DNA of 64,000 bases from Mesotaenium endlicherianum (Eukaryota), in the NCBI GenBank assembly GCA_009602735.1, contig WELA01001939.1, positions 636,579 through 700,578 of the forward strand, read 5' to 3'. This document shows, one piece after another, positions 50,246 to 64,000 of this stretch; position 1 is the first letter of the stretch; the number at the start of each line of letters is the position of its first letter. The notes beneath the pieces are model-generated. The model did not search any database. It was not told the DNA's origin and worked only from the letters and a program-made list of their open reading frames with translations. Position numbers and translations under genes: made by a program.

Positions 50246-52395
50246 TCAACTGTCGTCACCGTCGGTGCTCATATCCCAAAAGGCCACTTCGAGGCGCAGC
50301 ACTTTCAGAAACGCCTCCTTCGCCTCCACAAACACCCCCCGGCTGCACCCTCGCTCGCGCTCGCCCTCTTGCCCGCGCGCGGCAGCTCCCTCCAGCGCGC
50401 GCTGGGCGGTAACCCCGAGCAGAGAGCAGTAGCTCGCAAACTCGGGGTTGCCCCACCGCTGGCAGCACTCCTGGAGGTCCGCTGGCGTGTGGGCCCCCCT
50501 CTCGGTGCAGCGGGACCACGCCTCGCAGTACACGAGCTCCACGGCCCACAGCGCTGTCAGGGCCACCTCGTACGGCACGGCGGGCCCACTGAGCTCCTCC
50601 AGGTACCTGCTCGTTGCATGCCGAGGAGAGACAGGTAAGAGGTGACAAGCCCCGGAGCCATGAAACCGATTGACAAGCGTCAGCAAAACTGTCGACCACC
50701 CTCCGCAAGACCGCTGCCGCCGGCCCCGGTGCCAACCCACTTTAGCAAACCCGCAGACTGGTGTCATCAAGCCCGTGGACCGATGTTAGCAAAACCTCAA
50801 GCTTCAAGGAATAAGGTTTGTGTTTCTCAGGATGCTGTCAGTGAGTGACGTCGCCACAAGTGGAGCACGGGTACACGCATGCGGGCCTGGAGGCTGAGCT
50901 GCCATCACGTAGCAGAGGAGTACTGCGCACGCACGCGGCTTTCCAGCTGGCCATGCCGCTTGCCAGCTGGCCATGCAGCTTGCCAGATGGCAATGACACG
51001 ACATCAGGGCATGGTACGACAGCGCATGATATCACGGCACGATAAGTCATGGGGCATGCGCCACACTGGCAGCCCTGTTCTGCAAATAAGAAAAACAAAA
51101 AAAACAAAGAGCACATCTTGGCAGCCACGGTGCTGTTTCTAGGCGTGAGGAAGAAGACGAAACTAGGGACTGGGGCCGGAATTGTATGGTCTCGCGGACC
51201 ATCCATCTGCATGATGTGCATCAAAGGGAAGGAAAACGCGTAGGGGGTTTACAACTGCAGCCCATACAACACTTGCTCCCTCCCTCTGCTGGAGCCCGCC
51301 TGCGGCCGCACAGGGGACAGGTGGCGCGCGACCACACCCCAGCTTTTGAGAGCGCCTCAGAGAAGGTCTAAGACAAAAGTCCGATATCTGAACAGAAGCA
51401 CACTCATCCTCTGCCTGCCAGTTGTTTTGCGTTTATGTACAGCACTTCCTTCCCTCTGCTGGTCTAGCAGTTCGTTCTAGAGCTACAGGACAAGTTTTGG
51501 GATACCTGTGTGGTGTGTGAGTGAGAGGGAAGCATGCCTTAGCAGATACTCAGGATCCCGTTCTGCTGTGAGGTACTACTTTGAGCCAGCTGCAGTTTAG
51601 CATCACTCATAACTTCCAATTTTCCGGAGTGGGTGAGGGGCGAGAGGCGAGGGGTTGGTTGAGGGGGCCTGGCCCTGCACCTCTGGAAATGCAACTAGAA
51701 TCTTCAGATTTGAGAACGACTAAGCTGCGCACCATTTGGAACGAGTGTGGAGACTGCAGAATGAGATCCCGTGGCAAAGTACCCACCTCATGTACCAGAC
51801 GTTAGCCTCCAGGGGCTGCAGCCCCGCCAGCTGGACCCCACGCTTGGATGCCAACTCCTTGAACCACTTCAGCTCCGCATCGAGGGCAGAGAGGCTCCCA
51901 AGGAGAACCTCGAAGTCGCCAGGTGGCGACGTGCTCGTGGCCCCGGCATCGTCGTAGTTCTTCTGGGGAAGCTTCAGGAGGGTGCTGGCCACGAAGCGGA
52001 CTAAGGATCTCACAAAGAGGTAGTCTTGAGCCTGCAGTCCACCGAGCAACTTACGCTCGTGTCAAGCTCATAGAAACCCCGAGCGGCGGATGTGACAGTG
52101 AGGTTTACACTCTGGTAGAAAGACACTGTCTCGCCAGACAGATTTTATTAGGATATATTTCCACATCATAGGAATTACTGCAATTAAGCTGATATGACCT
52201 GAGGCTGTAAAAGGCGTGCAACAGGTGGCAGCAGAAGTATATGCCTACCAGCCATCTATCAAATTGTTTCGTTGACACTGTTCCCCCTCGCACAGACTCG
52301 AGGAAAGGGTGCCTGATGGCCCTTGAATAGTCTACTCCATGATGAGATAACCACTGCAAGATGGACGGCGCCGATCCTTCCTGGCCTGCCATCAT
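50246..52395 (-). CDS. TENA_E: TenA/THI-4 family thiamine-salvage protein, TENA_E type; exons 52395-52249, 52031-51787, 50606-50246
   Basis: AIRHPFL...FDRWL|AQDYLFV...ELKWF...R|YLEEL...LWAVELVY...RWGN...LEVAFWDMS; GT-AG junctions are phase-compatible. Confidence 0.88.
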
Positions 52396-53394
52396 GTCCT
52401 TTGATTGCCCGGTCTCCTGGTCGGTCCTCGCCTCTTGACCTCCTGCGTGCACGAGTTTGCAACCCTATGAAGCACTGTGGAATTTGCTCTGCAAGGAGCG
52501 AATGTCCAATGGAAAAAGCTACCACGCCATGCACATTCTGCAAGCGCGCAGCATGAAGCTAAATGAAGCAGAACACTATACTTATCTCCTGCCAATGTCT
52601 GGTCTCTAGGCGAATATGCTTCCTTCGCTCTCATTCCGCCAGTAAGTCGGACATCCGCCACGTGAATGAAGCAGCATTAGGAGAACGCTTTCGGCCACTT
52701 TCGGCTGTCTTTTGGCATCGTTGACTATCCTCACCAATCCTCACAAACGTTCTCAACTTATTGCTCACACTCGCACGCAGCTTGCACGCATTACCACGTT
52801 TTGAACGAATTGAAGTCTCTGAATGGGTCTGGGAGAGTCGGTCGGGGCTCTTCGCATGCCAGCACACACCAGCTCACAGCGCTAAGGAGCCTTTAAACGC
52901 TTCTTGATTTGGTGAAGGTCGCAAGCACTTCATGCAACAGTTATGACGTGGCCCGGAACTTTCAACTGTTTTGATTCGTGAACTATGCAGTGATTATTTT
53001 CCTGCAACTTATTCAGCTGCAGTTGTTGATGTAAATCATGGTAAAGCGGCTTGTCGTTAGATTATAGTTCCAAAAAGTACAAATTATGTACTTCGTTTTT
53101 CACCTTTTGCTTCATACGAGTATAGCGAGAGTACTTCCACGATGTATTATTATTCATGACACCTAAGTCGCTGGACAAAATAAGTCCAGATACTTCAGAT
53201 GCATTCAATACTGAATGCTTCATAACAATTATGCTCAATTTGGTAACTAACGCTATTTACTACAGAACCTGGTCGATATTTTCCATGAATCTCTTCACAT
53301 GCAGGTGCAAAGTGCAAGCTCAACGTCTTATTTAGGTCTTTTATGCCTCTCCACTTTCCTGCATGAGGGGGGGGAGGGGGGGCGAGATGAGGGA

Positions 53395-54138
53395 NNNNNN
53401 NNNNNNNNNNNNNNNNNNNNNNNNNNNNNNNNNNNNNNNNNNNNNNNNNNNNNNNNNNNNNNNNNNNNNNNNNNNNNNNNNNNNNNNNNNNNNNNNNNNN
53501 NNNNNNNNNNNNNNNNNNNNNNNNNNNNNNNNNNNNNNNNNNNNNNNNNNNNNNNNNNNNNNNNNNNNNNNNNNNNNNNNNNNNNNNNNNNNNNNNNNNN
53601 NNNNNNNNNNNNNNNNNNNNNNNNNNNNNNNNNNNNNNNNNNNNNNNNNNNNNNNNNNNNNNNNNNNNNNNNNNNNNNNNNNNNNNNNNNNNNNNNNNNN
53701 NNNNNNNNNNNNNNNNNNNNNNNNNNNNNNNNNNNNNNNNNNNNNNNNNNNNNNNNNNNNNNNNNNNNNNNNNNNNNNNNNNNNNNNNNNNNNNNNNNNN
53801 NNNNNNNNNNNNNNNNNNNNNNNNNNNNNNNNNNNNNNNNNNNNNNNNNNNNNNNNNNNNNNNNNNNNNNNNNNNNNNNNNNNNNNNNNNNNNNNNNNNN
53901 NNNNNNNNNNNNNNNNNNNNNNNNNNNNNNNNNNNNNNNNNNNNNNNNNNNNNNNNNNNNNNNNNNNNNNNNNNNNNNNNNNNNNNNNNNNNNNNNNNNN
54001 NNNNNNNNNNNNNNNNNNNNNNNNNNNNNNNNNNNNNNNNNNNNNNNNNNNNNNNNNNNNNNNNNNNNNNNNNNNNNNNNNNNNNNNNNNNNNNNNNNNN
54101 NNNNNNNNNNNNNNNNNNNNNNNNNNNNNNNNNNNNNN
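53395..54138. other. Assembly gap, 744 N, flanked by poly-G tracts
   Basis: Run of N. Confidence 0.99.
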
Positions 54139-55600
54139 TGAGGGAGGCGGGGTGGGTTGGGGGGGGGGGGTACAAGCAAAGCATTACTGATTATTAGCCA
54201 CCAAAATTGAATACATCCAAACAACCAAGATTTTGGAAATGGATGTGGGTGTCGTCAATAAGCAGATCCAGCTTACTGAGCAGTCCATCCTGCTGCTCCG
54301 AGGTTGACCCCGAGAACGACATGGAGAAAATGTCTATTGTGGTGCCTTGTCTATCACTTGGTTTAGAGGGTCAACAAAGAGCTACATCAAGACTTGCAGC
54401 TTCATTGTAGTATTAGCGCACGTGTGTAGTTTCATATCCCACAGCAGTCCTTATTAGAAGCCACAAGTATGCCTGGGACCAGGCCAAACGATTGCGAGCT
54501 TCATTTAAGTTGGCATTCTACTCATTTGCGAGTTGTTTATTCTTTTGGGAAGGCTTTGTAGGCTGCAATCAGCCGGGAACAACCTGCGGGAGGTCTTCCT
54601 CAATGAAGTAAATCTACAAATTAGCAGTAGTGTTTTTTGCTGTACTTCATGCACTGATCGGGGCCATTACTTCTTTCCATAAACACAGTCTCAATGCCCC
54701 TGACATTCCTGTACGCAAATAAAAGTTAGCCGAGGGGGACCAAGTCGCTCCAAGAAGAGTACCTTAGATGAAACAACTTCAATGCCAGGCTTTGATACTG
54801 CTAACATCTCGATGTGCTTTTGAGGGAAGCAATTGTGCTTGCAATGCTCACTTCATGAGGGTGTCCACATCATTGTTTCAAGAACATCCTCAAAGTACCC
54901 GTCTCCATCCAGGTGTTTTACTCTACATAATCATACATCCCCTTGTAAGACGATCATCGCCAAAAACACCAGACTATCGCATTGGAACGAGGGCGCTACT
55001 TGAAGCATATGTAAAGTCGCCTTGCAATATTATTTGTACTTGTTAGGTGGACTGCCTGTACGCGGGTCAAAGAAGTTTCAGTTGCAACACATGTTACAAA
55101 TGGCCACCACGAAAGAGTCCAGTTCCCCAACAATATTAAACTTTACATGGTATGAACGTTTGCGTCATACTTACACTCTTCTGCCATCTCGAAGCAAGAT
55201 GTGTGCAGTATGTACCGTAGAACCTTCTTATGTTCACAGGGCACCTCCAGCCCCAAAAAAAGTGTCAATCAGGACTCACACCAAATTATTGCAGAAGTAC
55301 GTACTGCTTGTGCTGCTGATTGCTACAATTTCACATGTCATGATGACAATCTGCACTGAGAATTTTGTGCCAAGTTGTAACTGCTAAATTTGAGCGACTA
55401 TAAGGAAAGGAAGCTTCCCCCAAAATTTATGACATTATCCTGGAGCACTCTGTTTACAAAAACATGACCTCACACACTGCCACGAATGCACTACTACAAT
55501 ATTTCATCTAATGACGTGTAAAAAAAGTGAACAATGAAAACAAAAGTTGTGTTACTGATCAATGTCACAACCAACCTTCAGAGCACACACGACCAGTTTC

Positions 55601-57462
55601 CTACTGTCCAGGGACACCAACAGGTCCACCAATTGTCTTGAAAGATTCGTGTATGTGCCGCAATTTGGCCTCATCTCTGCACCCACACGATCACAAACTT
55701 CCTTAGTACAGGAAAGGAAGTTGGCAAGAGGTTTAGCAGGACTTGTTGCACAGGTGTGCAGCTTGCTGTTCTTAAGAATGTCACCCAGACAGCACGAACA
55801 GGCATGCACAGTAGACACCAGCCCCCTCAGCAAGAAAGACTCTGGAACAGCATCCACAAGAGTACTTCTTTGCTCTTTGCACAATTTAGATGCTCAATGC
55901 CAAACCCCGCATAACCTAAAAAACAATGCACCAAATTTGCAAGTACACAAGCCCATGCCTTTCCTTCATCTCCCTCCGTCCTTCTATGCGAGATTAATGG
56001 AGAACCTCTCATAAGCCCGCCCCTTTGGCCTGCTCATATGACTAAGATTTGAGCCCAAATTCAAGACTATTACTTCTGCCATTGCATATGTCATGAATAG
56101 CTCATATGGATAGCTCATACCTGGCCCAGTCAGAAACAGGGGAGTTCACGAAGTGCGAGTAGAGCTTATTTTTAGTGCATGTGACTGCGATCAGACTGTG
56201 GCCCACAGGGCTGTCAATCTCAAAGTCGTAGTACGTCTGTCCATTGGCGTCCGTCCTCTCGGATTGTATGATGTCGTCCGCACTTCCGATTTGGTCCTGC
56301 ATTCCACGTAACCAGGAAAGGTTTGGCATACTCTCCAGAAAAAAGCTCCAAGAATCAATAATGAGCACCTAGAACGTGAAAAATGTCAAGACTTCAGGCA
56401 ACATAAATTAGACAATGACTGGAAAGAGGACTCAAGGTCAGCAAACAACAGAGAGAACGTATGCAGTGGATTTTCTGGACATTTTTCAGATAGTCAAAGG
56501 CAGGGTCTAACACAGGCTTAGAAACATACTCCAACGTGCCCCATTCATCTGTCCTCTACTAAGGTGATATAAAAGGTGAACATAGGTGTCGATATATATA
56601 TATGCTCCACCTTATATTCCAGGAAGCTTTTGCACTGACGTGACAAGCACTAGAGCCTCTCACCTGGAGATTGACATCAGAGAGCGCAAGGTTGCTGAGA
56701 ACATTCTCTTGAGGAGGAAGCCTCCTAAAACCTGCGCGTTTATACATTATCAGAATACAGTCCTTGACCACATATGCACGCAGACAGATTCGCTATTGTG
56801 CAGGACAAGACAGAAACCTGGCCCCAGAGGAATGCAGTTCTTGACATCAGTCAAAGGATCACGTAAAGGTTGAGAAGCAATGCTCCTATCCAACTGACAT
56901 ATTTCAAATATAAATCTACTTTCAAACCTCCAAAATAGCTAAATAGCCCTAAGAACACAGATAACTTACCTGCAAGGTAGGTAAGGTACACCTTCTCCGT
57001 CTTCTTCTTAGGATTGTAGAACTCGCTATCTGTGCCATTGGTGCCTTTCTCTACTTTAGAGATTTGCCTCTCCTTCCAGTTTGTAGGAAAGTCGTATACA
57101 TACTCAGCTGAATCCTGCTTGTTTGAGTTCCCTCCATATCCACCGTAGCTGGAAGCACTAGCTGCTGTGCCATAATAAACATCGAATTCGTCGTCTGCAA
57201 ATGCTGGAAGATTTCCCGACCCTAACACTAGTGTCACTGCAGTAGCTAAAGTTACAGCTCCACGCCCTACAGACCTCCACAAGTCCACCCTGGACTCACC
57301 CTTGCTGCTTGCTATGCATCTTAACCTGGGAAACGCCTTCAGAGTCGTTCCTTGGCACTGATAAGCTGCTCGCGAAAATGTTTTGTCAGCTCTAGAAGCG
57401 CATGAGCTTAAGCCATGTACACCTAAACACGATAGACTTGACGAAACAACCTGAGCCGCCAT
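55601..57462 (-). CDS. PPD4: PsbP domain-containing thylakoid lumen protein, PPD4-like; exons 57462-56970, 56731-56664, 56296-56121, 55676-55601
   Basis: Transit peptide ending PAFA; YYGTAASASSYGGYGGN...WKERQISKVEKGTNGTDSEFYNPKK...LSNLALSDV...HSLIAVTC.KNKLYSHFV...LRHIHESFKTI; GT-AG phases are consistent. Confidence 0.9.
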
Positions 57463-58490
57463 CAAATGCTGAAGTGAGCTCAGGAAAACGTCGAAATCCA
57501 CGTGCTCGAGGAACTTGCTTATGGGTAACCTGTCGCTCCAATGTATACAGAAGAAAGTCTGTACTATGTTAGCATTTGATGCAGAAGCTTACACCACACA
57601 GCACCCTTGCACCTTCACGTTCATTTAGTTTCTCCCAGCATTTACGAATCTCGTTTTATAGCAATACGCCACCGTGGCAAACAAGATATCAACGGATACG
57701 ATAGGGCAAGACTCAGAGCTCGGAACTGCTTGGAACTTGTTGGAACTGCTTGTCGAACAATTTAGCAGGAACAAGTGGGAACACGGCCTGCTAACTACTG
57801 CGAACTGCTGCAAACAGCCTGCAAAGGCCTGCATGTAGTGTGCTTGGGGTGTGCCACAGTGTGCCATGTCATGTGGATGAGGTCTTCCAGAAGTCAAACT
57901 GCAGGAGAGGACGTCAATAGGATGCATCAGGATGGATAACGGCGACCATTGACGAACTTAGGTCACTAAATAGGAATTTAACCTCCTGTCGCCAACCGAC
58001 GCCGGTATCGGGAAGACTTTGAGCTGCTTTGCGCGCCATTGGTATACATGTGCCAAGATGTGCTTGGATTTGCCGCGCTGACTTAGTCTTTGCGGGAGTA
58101 TATGTATCAGTATAAGAGTATATATAAATATCGCTCGAGGTCGTTTACTTGGGGCTACCATGCGCTGCTATGCGCTATTAAATGTTTCATGGATACATGC
58201 AGATGCATACAAGCATACAAAAGCATACACCCTAGTCCTATACCACCATCAAGTGGCAGTTATGGTTACATGTCCAGCATGTCACTCCATTGTTTTTTGG
58301 CCACACTTTACTCCACTTCAATCCATTGTCCTCTGTGTTCTACAGCTGAATTGACATTTGGTACGCTACATTGTGCTGTTGATGTAGAGCTGACCTCTAA
58401 ATTCCTAGTTGGGCAAAATGTAGAGAATGCATGAAAGAGGAAAGTAAGTTGACAAGGTGAGGCTGCTCGACGGAGCACACACTATACGAT

Positions 58491-59476
58491 ATGACCTTGA
58501 AACGTGTCTCATTCGAGGTTTTTGGCAAGGTGAGGTATGCTTGTGATATTGTGCTGCATTACCTCAACTTCCTCTATGCACTTATTTGAAGGTTGCTTCC
58601 TGTCTTTGGCCATCAGGTACGAAGATGACCCACATATCGGTGTATTTCTAGATAGAAGAAGTATCACAGTCATGCATGAGTTTGATCACCAGGACAGAGA
58701 GACATATCTGAGCAGCAGAAGGATCACGGAGCTTTTGGAGTTCAGACAACAGCTGGATGTGTAGAAATAAAGAATGATCAAATCATGAATATAAGTGATA
58801 GGCATACGCATTTTTTGTTTCGGTGATAGGAGATAACACTGTACTGGCTGCTCAAGCTTCTGTTGTGTCCCCTACTGCAGGTCCAGGGGGTTTTCTTCAG
58901 GAAATGCACTCAAGATAAAGCGGACGCTCTTGGCCTCAGTGGATGGTGCGAGAATACAAGTAGGGGAACCGTTGCTGGAGAAGTACAGGGAGACTCTGGC
59001 GCCCTTGAGCAGATGTGCGTCTTGAGTACCTCTTGATCAGAAACAGTGCTGTTGCGTGTGCTTACTGCTAAGCAGTCACTGATACGGAAGAGTAATTTGT
59101 TTCCAACCAACGTTTTGAAAGTTGCCTTGTCCGACAGAGGCTCCGACGACAGGAATTTAACAAGCATATTTGATGTCTTACCTCGGGAGTGGAATAATGA
59201 AGAGCCCTCTACATGGCCCGTGCACATCTTTGCTTCAATATCACTGTGATCTAGCACAAGTTGCAGAAAAAAGAAAGAAGAGCAGACATTACAGATACCT
59301 ACTTCTGATGCTGAGCAACTATATAGATGCCTTGGGGTGGCCTGCATATGTGCAGGAAGGAGTGGCTGCTAAAAGTGGGATCCCCTCAATCCAGGATTGA
59401 CAAATGCGAGTTCACAGAAAAAGAGGTGGACAATAGTATGGCAGCTTCGTTTCAAGTGAAGCGTAGAGGTATGTAA
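58491..59476 (+). CDS. ACYP: Acylphosphatase, ~97 aa; join(58491..58529,58881..59014,59356..59476); not in the ORF track
   Basis: MTLKRVSFEVFGK|VQGVFFRKCT...GLSGWCENTSRGTVAGEVQG...M|KEWLLKVGSPQSRI; signature with catalytic R and N; GT-AG junctions. Confidence 0.9.
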
Positions 59477-61005
59477 AGAATCAGTGACCCTAGAATCGGC
59501 CTTGCATTATCTTGATGCATGCATACCATGGGCAGAGATAAAGAAACCTTTCCAAAAGCATTTCTGCTGCCTCCCGCAATCTTAACGAAGTAGCTCGCGG
59601 CATATGGATTTCACAACAGATGAGATGCACATGTTTGTGATTTTCCCGGCTTGCCTTCCTGTCCCTACGATGGTACTGGAAGAGACAGTAAGAGAGAGCT
59701 TTTTGTGATAAGCGTGGTGTAGCTTGTCCAGTATGTAAAATAAATATTCCTTTTTTTTTTTTTTTTTTTTTTGAACAAAAGAGACCACTACATGTAATTC
59801 TGCAGTGAAGGGCTATTTTTCTTATTTACTCAGAGACAAGTTTCTTACCGCGCTAAGTTTAGACCTTCACAGCTTGGTATATATGTACCTGTATGATAAT
59901 GAGGAGTTCATAACTTGGTGATTTGTGCCTGCGTGATAATGAGGATAGCCGGTCACAAGAAGGGCTCCAAAATGTTTCTTGTATCTCTTGAAACTTTCAC
60001 AATTATCTGTCCTGTAACTTTGCTCGATCACTGTTCTTTAATGCGAGCGGCCACAGAATGCAGTAATAATATCAGTTCCACAAAAATTTCAGGTAGAAGA
60101 TGGAAGTTGAATGTAGTTGCCGGGGAAGGGAAATATGGTACCTGCCCTTCTTATATGTGGTCTAGTCTGATCAAAACGAAAAGTACATGGGTGTGAGGTA
60201 TATGGCTGGCTGCCATTTAGATGTGTATCCTGGTAATATTTATGACCATTCTTACTGTGCGAAAGGTATCTATCATCGCCCTAGCTTCAAAATTACAATT
60301 CCATTGTTCCTAAGTAGTTTGTTCCTGTAGGTATGTCAATGGCTAATTCAGTTATTGAAATTGCTATATTTGTTTTGCCAGTGACTTCCACGTTCGTGCA
60401 TTCAGCTCAAGTACAGGTGGGGCTTGGCGAAGCTAAATGACGACGTGTCTCTAATAGAGAAGTTCCAAAATAACGAAACAATTAGCTCTCATCAAAAAAG
60501 TGCTCAACATCATTGCTAAAACTTGATCAGGGTCAGTGCGCAGTCCTCTTCTTGCTGACAACTCACTGATTCGAGGAATTGTACGGTACACAGATTCTGG
60601 TTCAACGATTGGGAGTTTCTAACATAATCACTTGTGACCCCATTGAGCTCAAGTAAGCAGAGAATCACAACCAGTTCATGAAATCGCCTTAGATACTGCA
60701 TGCCCTGAAGCTTCAAATCAACGCGAGGAAGTAGTGATGAGCTGAGAAGAAGGTCAACATTCCTGTCGGGTCCGCCAAATTAATATATACGGCTAAAAAA
60801 ACCTCTACAGCAGTTGGCAGGACACAGAAGGAGAGCCACATTGATTCTAAGGTTTAATACATGATGTCGTCGAGCAGAGCTTGATTTCTCCACCGTGAAG
60901 ATGCATCCAAGAAACAAAGCCCAACACTTCTGCCAAGAAGAAATACGAGCCCACTTCCATTCCCGATAACCTGACGCGCGCCCCTCTCACTAACCCTGTT
61001 ATGAG

Positions 61006-63952
61006 TCAGAAGCGCCCCCCCCGTCCCCCTCTCCACCCCCCTCTCCCTCGCCCCCTGCCCCTCCCCCTCCCCCGCCTGTCGTACTGGCCACTCCCGTACT
61101 CCCCAGCAGTTGCGCTTTCCTCGTCGGCAGAGCCGAAGTTGAACATGCTCTGCTTTAGCTGCTCTGCGGCGCTCAAAGGCCTGCTCCCTCCCGCCTGCGC
61201 AGAAATGCAACAAAAAGATCAGGAAAGGGGGCAGCACAACGATCACTCACTCGGCGGCGCCAACACGAAGCCCTCCTCGCGCTTCGGCCGCATTCGAGCT
61301 CGTGCTGGCACAGCCAGCCTCAGCACGGTGGGCGGCCTTCTGTGGCATGAAGCTCTCTCGGCAGCGGCAAGACAGGCTTGCCCTGCCGCCCTGGCAAAGC
61401 GAACCTTTGCCTGATGATGCAAAGGTGAACACTCACTGTAACTGCGACCAGCGCAGCGAGCAGAGAGCCTCCCCCTCTTGCCGGGGCCTGACGCCAGCCA
61501 AGTGGGAGGGCGGCAGCCCTGGAAAGTGCGTGCCTAAGCCCTTGAGCTGCAGGACCAGAGCTTAAATTTGAGAAGCCTACCGCACTTGATAGGACTTGAA
61601 AGCACCTGAGAGTTTAGACCTAAGACTTTATTTCAAGTACTCGGGACCCACGCCTTTGGACCTAAACTGTTGGGACCTGAAGTGTTGGGACCTAAAGTGG
61701 TGGAATATAACCCTTCAAGACCTAAGCCTTGGGACCTTGGAGGCTCGAGGAGGGCGAGAGAATAGAGGGGCCTGTCTCCCGCCCTTGCCAGCAGCGCCCG
61801 CGCAGCGCACGCAGCTGCGGGGGGGCAACCCGGAGCCCCGCCACCTCCGAGGCGACAGCTCACAGGGGCTTCAAGGTATAATCAACCTTGCGCGCAAGCA
61901 CATTGCTGAGGCGGCACCAATGCATGCGCACATCTCCAGAAACTTGAACTCCAAACCCTATATCCACAGATCCGTAAACCCCAAGCCCCCAGCCCGGCGC
62001 TCCTAGTATCTACAAGACCCTAGCCCCACAACCCCGGCCTCGCAGCCCTGGCCCCCAGTCCCTGGCCCCACACTTGCACAAAGCCCTTGTCGTGAGCCCC
62101 CCCCAGCCCCTAACAGTTGGCCCAACGCTGGAGAGGGGAGGAGAACCGTCCGCATTCGCACCAGAGCGTCCTCCATGTCGAGCTCCCGCTGGAGCTGCCA
62201 AGCGAGCTCCTCGTCCGACACGAGCTCATTCCAGCTGGCATTATCACCACCACCTCCAGCACCAGCACCAGCAGCAGCACCAGCAGCAGCAGCAGCAGCA
62301 GCAGAATGCAGCCCTTGCGCATCCCCTGGAGCGGCACTCGGCCCAGTTGCGCCTCCCCCGCCAGCCGCCCGGGCGGCCTGCCGGGCTTCCCACTCGTCCA
62401 GAGTTATGCCCTCAGGCTCCTCCTCCTCCCCCCTCTTCCCCCGGCCCCTCCCGCGCCTGGCCGCCCACGGCGCGCGTGCGCGCTCGCGCTCGGGGTTGAG
62501 CCTGCGCTCCAGAAGCTTCTGAGCAGCTGCCTTGTTCTGCGGAGGAGGAGGAGGAGAAGGAGCAACCCCCGCCGTTGCCGCCGCCCCCGCCGCTGCTTCC
62601 CGCACAGCCTGGTGCCTGGCCTCGTCCGCGCCCGCGCCCTTGCGCTCTCCGACTCCGCCAGCTGTGCCGATGCCAGCTGTACCGCCACCGCCGCCATCGG
62701 CGCAGCGGCCCTCTGCACCGCTGCCAGCTGCGCCACCTTCGCCGTTGCTGCTGCTAGCTGTGCCCCCGCCGACGTTCCGCCTGCTGCCGGCATCGCCGCT
62801 GCTGCCTCCGTCGTGCCTGCTGCTGCCGTTGTCGCGCCTGCTGGCGCTGTCGCTGCTCCCGGCATCACAGCTGGCCCTCCCAACGGCAGCGTCGGTGGCA
62901 GCCTGCGCACTGCCGGTAGCAGCCACCCTCCCTGTGGCAGGCGCAGCTGGCAGCCCCCCAGGGGCAGCTGCAGCAGCAGCAGCGGCGGGAGTGGACGGAG
63001 GAAGTGGAGAGGAGCTAGCACCGCTGCCATATCTCTCGTCCGTTGCACGTTCCTCCCGCGTGTCAGCAGCAGCGCCTCCTAGCAATGGAGCGCGGGCCCC
63101 ATCAGCCCCCTCAGGTCTTGCTTCTGCATCCTTCCCACCATCGCGGCCCCCCTCCTTCCCCCCCGCCCCCCGCGCTCTCAGCCGGTATGGCTCTGCCCCG
63201 GGCCGCACCCGCACTGCAGGCTTGGGCACCTTCTGCAAGGGCACCCCCTCCCCAGGCTGAGGCCCGGGCTCTCCCAATGTAGGTGATGCGTTGCTGGCCT
63301 GCTCCCCTCGCCCCTTACTGTGCTGACGCCGTGACACGCCGGGCTGGGAGGCAGCAGCAGCAGCAGCAGGCGAGGAGGAGGAGGAGGCGGAGGAGGAAGA
63401 AGCAGCAGCTGCTGCTGCCATCCCTCCCGCCCCGGCTGGGGTGAGGTCCCCGCAGGGCATTGGGATTTTCCCGCGCTGCCCACCCTCACTTCTCCCCTGG
63501 GGCGAGCTAAGCTTCCCCATGCTGGGGGCCACCATGCGTCCAGCTGGCGCGTGCACAGCTGGCGCATGGTGCACAGGTGGCGCCTGGCGCTTGGCAGCAG
63601 GGCGGGGATGAGCGCCGCTAGTTCCAGCAGCAGGTGGAGAGCTGCTCCTCTCGTCCCACCCTCCCCCCCCTTTCTTGGCAGCAGAGCCAACTCCAGCTGT
63701 CGCCCCGGCGCTCTCTTCCTCCTCGCCCCCTGCAGGGTCTATTGAGACACCTACAAAGGGCGGGGGCCCCGAGTTGCCACTTGGCAGCGCGCCGGGGGAG
63801 GAGCCTGCCAGCACAGCCCTGGAGAATACCGCGCGCTTCCGGTCCGTCTCCCAGGCCTCGACAAGTGGCCCCACCCTGCCGCCCAGGACTCTGACGTTCT
63901 AGTTGTCCAGTAAGATGATGCCGCTTCGCACCGTCGCATCCGTGAGCTCCAC
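61006..63952 (-). CDS. 3' part of an RMI1/TDRD3-like OB-fold (DUF1767-type) protein gene with C-terminal RGG box; exons ~63952-62162 and 61194-61006; in-frame TAG at 63901-63899
   Basis: VRSGIILLDN*NVRVLGGRVGPLVEAW resembles the OB-fold end; ITLDEWEARQ, DEELAWQLQRELDMED, AEQLKQSMFNF and RGRGRGRGGWRGGRGGRF* resemble the plant TDRD3-like C-terminus. Confidence 0.7.
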
Positions 63953-64000
63953 CTGTCAGGCGCCAAGGTGAAAGCGCTCGTTGCCTGCCGTCAGAACGCT

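Noticed and set aside
53195..54224. ORFs of 275-329 aa
   Set aside because: Artefacts spanning the N gap.
61640..61745. Short TGGGACCT repeats as a CRISPR-like array
   Set aside because: Irregular short intronic repeats in a eukaryotic gene, with no spacer structure or cas genes.
62074..63300. Overlapping plus-strand ORFs and CAG runs
   Set aside because: Antisense of the low-complexity Ala/Gly-rich exon on the minus strand.

Overview
Eukaryotic nuclear DNA with GT-AG spliced, GC-rich genes whose products resemble plant proteins; a streptophyte alga or early-diverging plant is my inference, not established. Bases 1-1124 hold the first exon of a plant-type PP2C gene. Bases ~2.7-41.3 kb are a deeply nested cluster of LTR retroelements from at least five LTR families (my labels A-E; A, B and C are chromodomain-bearing Ty3/Gypsy), plus a ~0.47-kb TRIM. 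It includes one intact 8.8-kb element (20737-29528, TSD CTCAA) with gag, a -1-frameshifted pol and an extra 558-aa sense ORF preceded by splice-acceptor signals. Bases ~42-64 kb are a gene island: an hAT MITE, then the standout locus, a single reading frame fusing a complete S-adenosylmethionine decarboxylase to a complete ornithine decarboxylase (~897 aa) behind an intact plant-type tiny/small uORF leader. TENA_E, PPD4, acylphosphatase and an RMI1/TDRD3-like OB-fold gene with an in-frame TAG follow. All calls come from reading motifs, splice sites, LTR ends and TSDs by eye; no database search was run.
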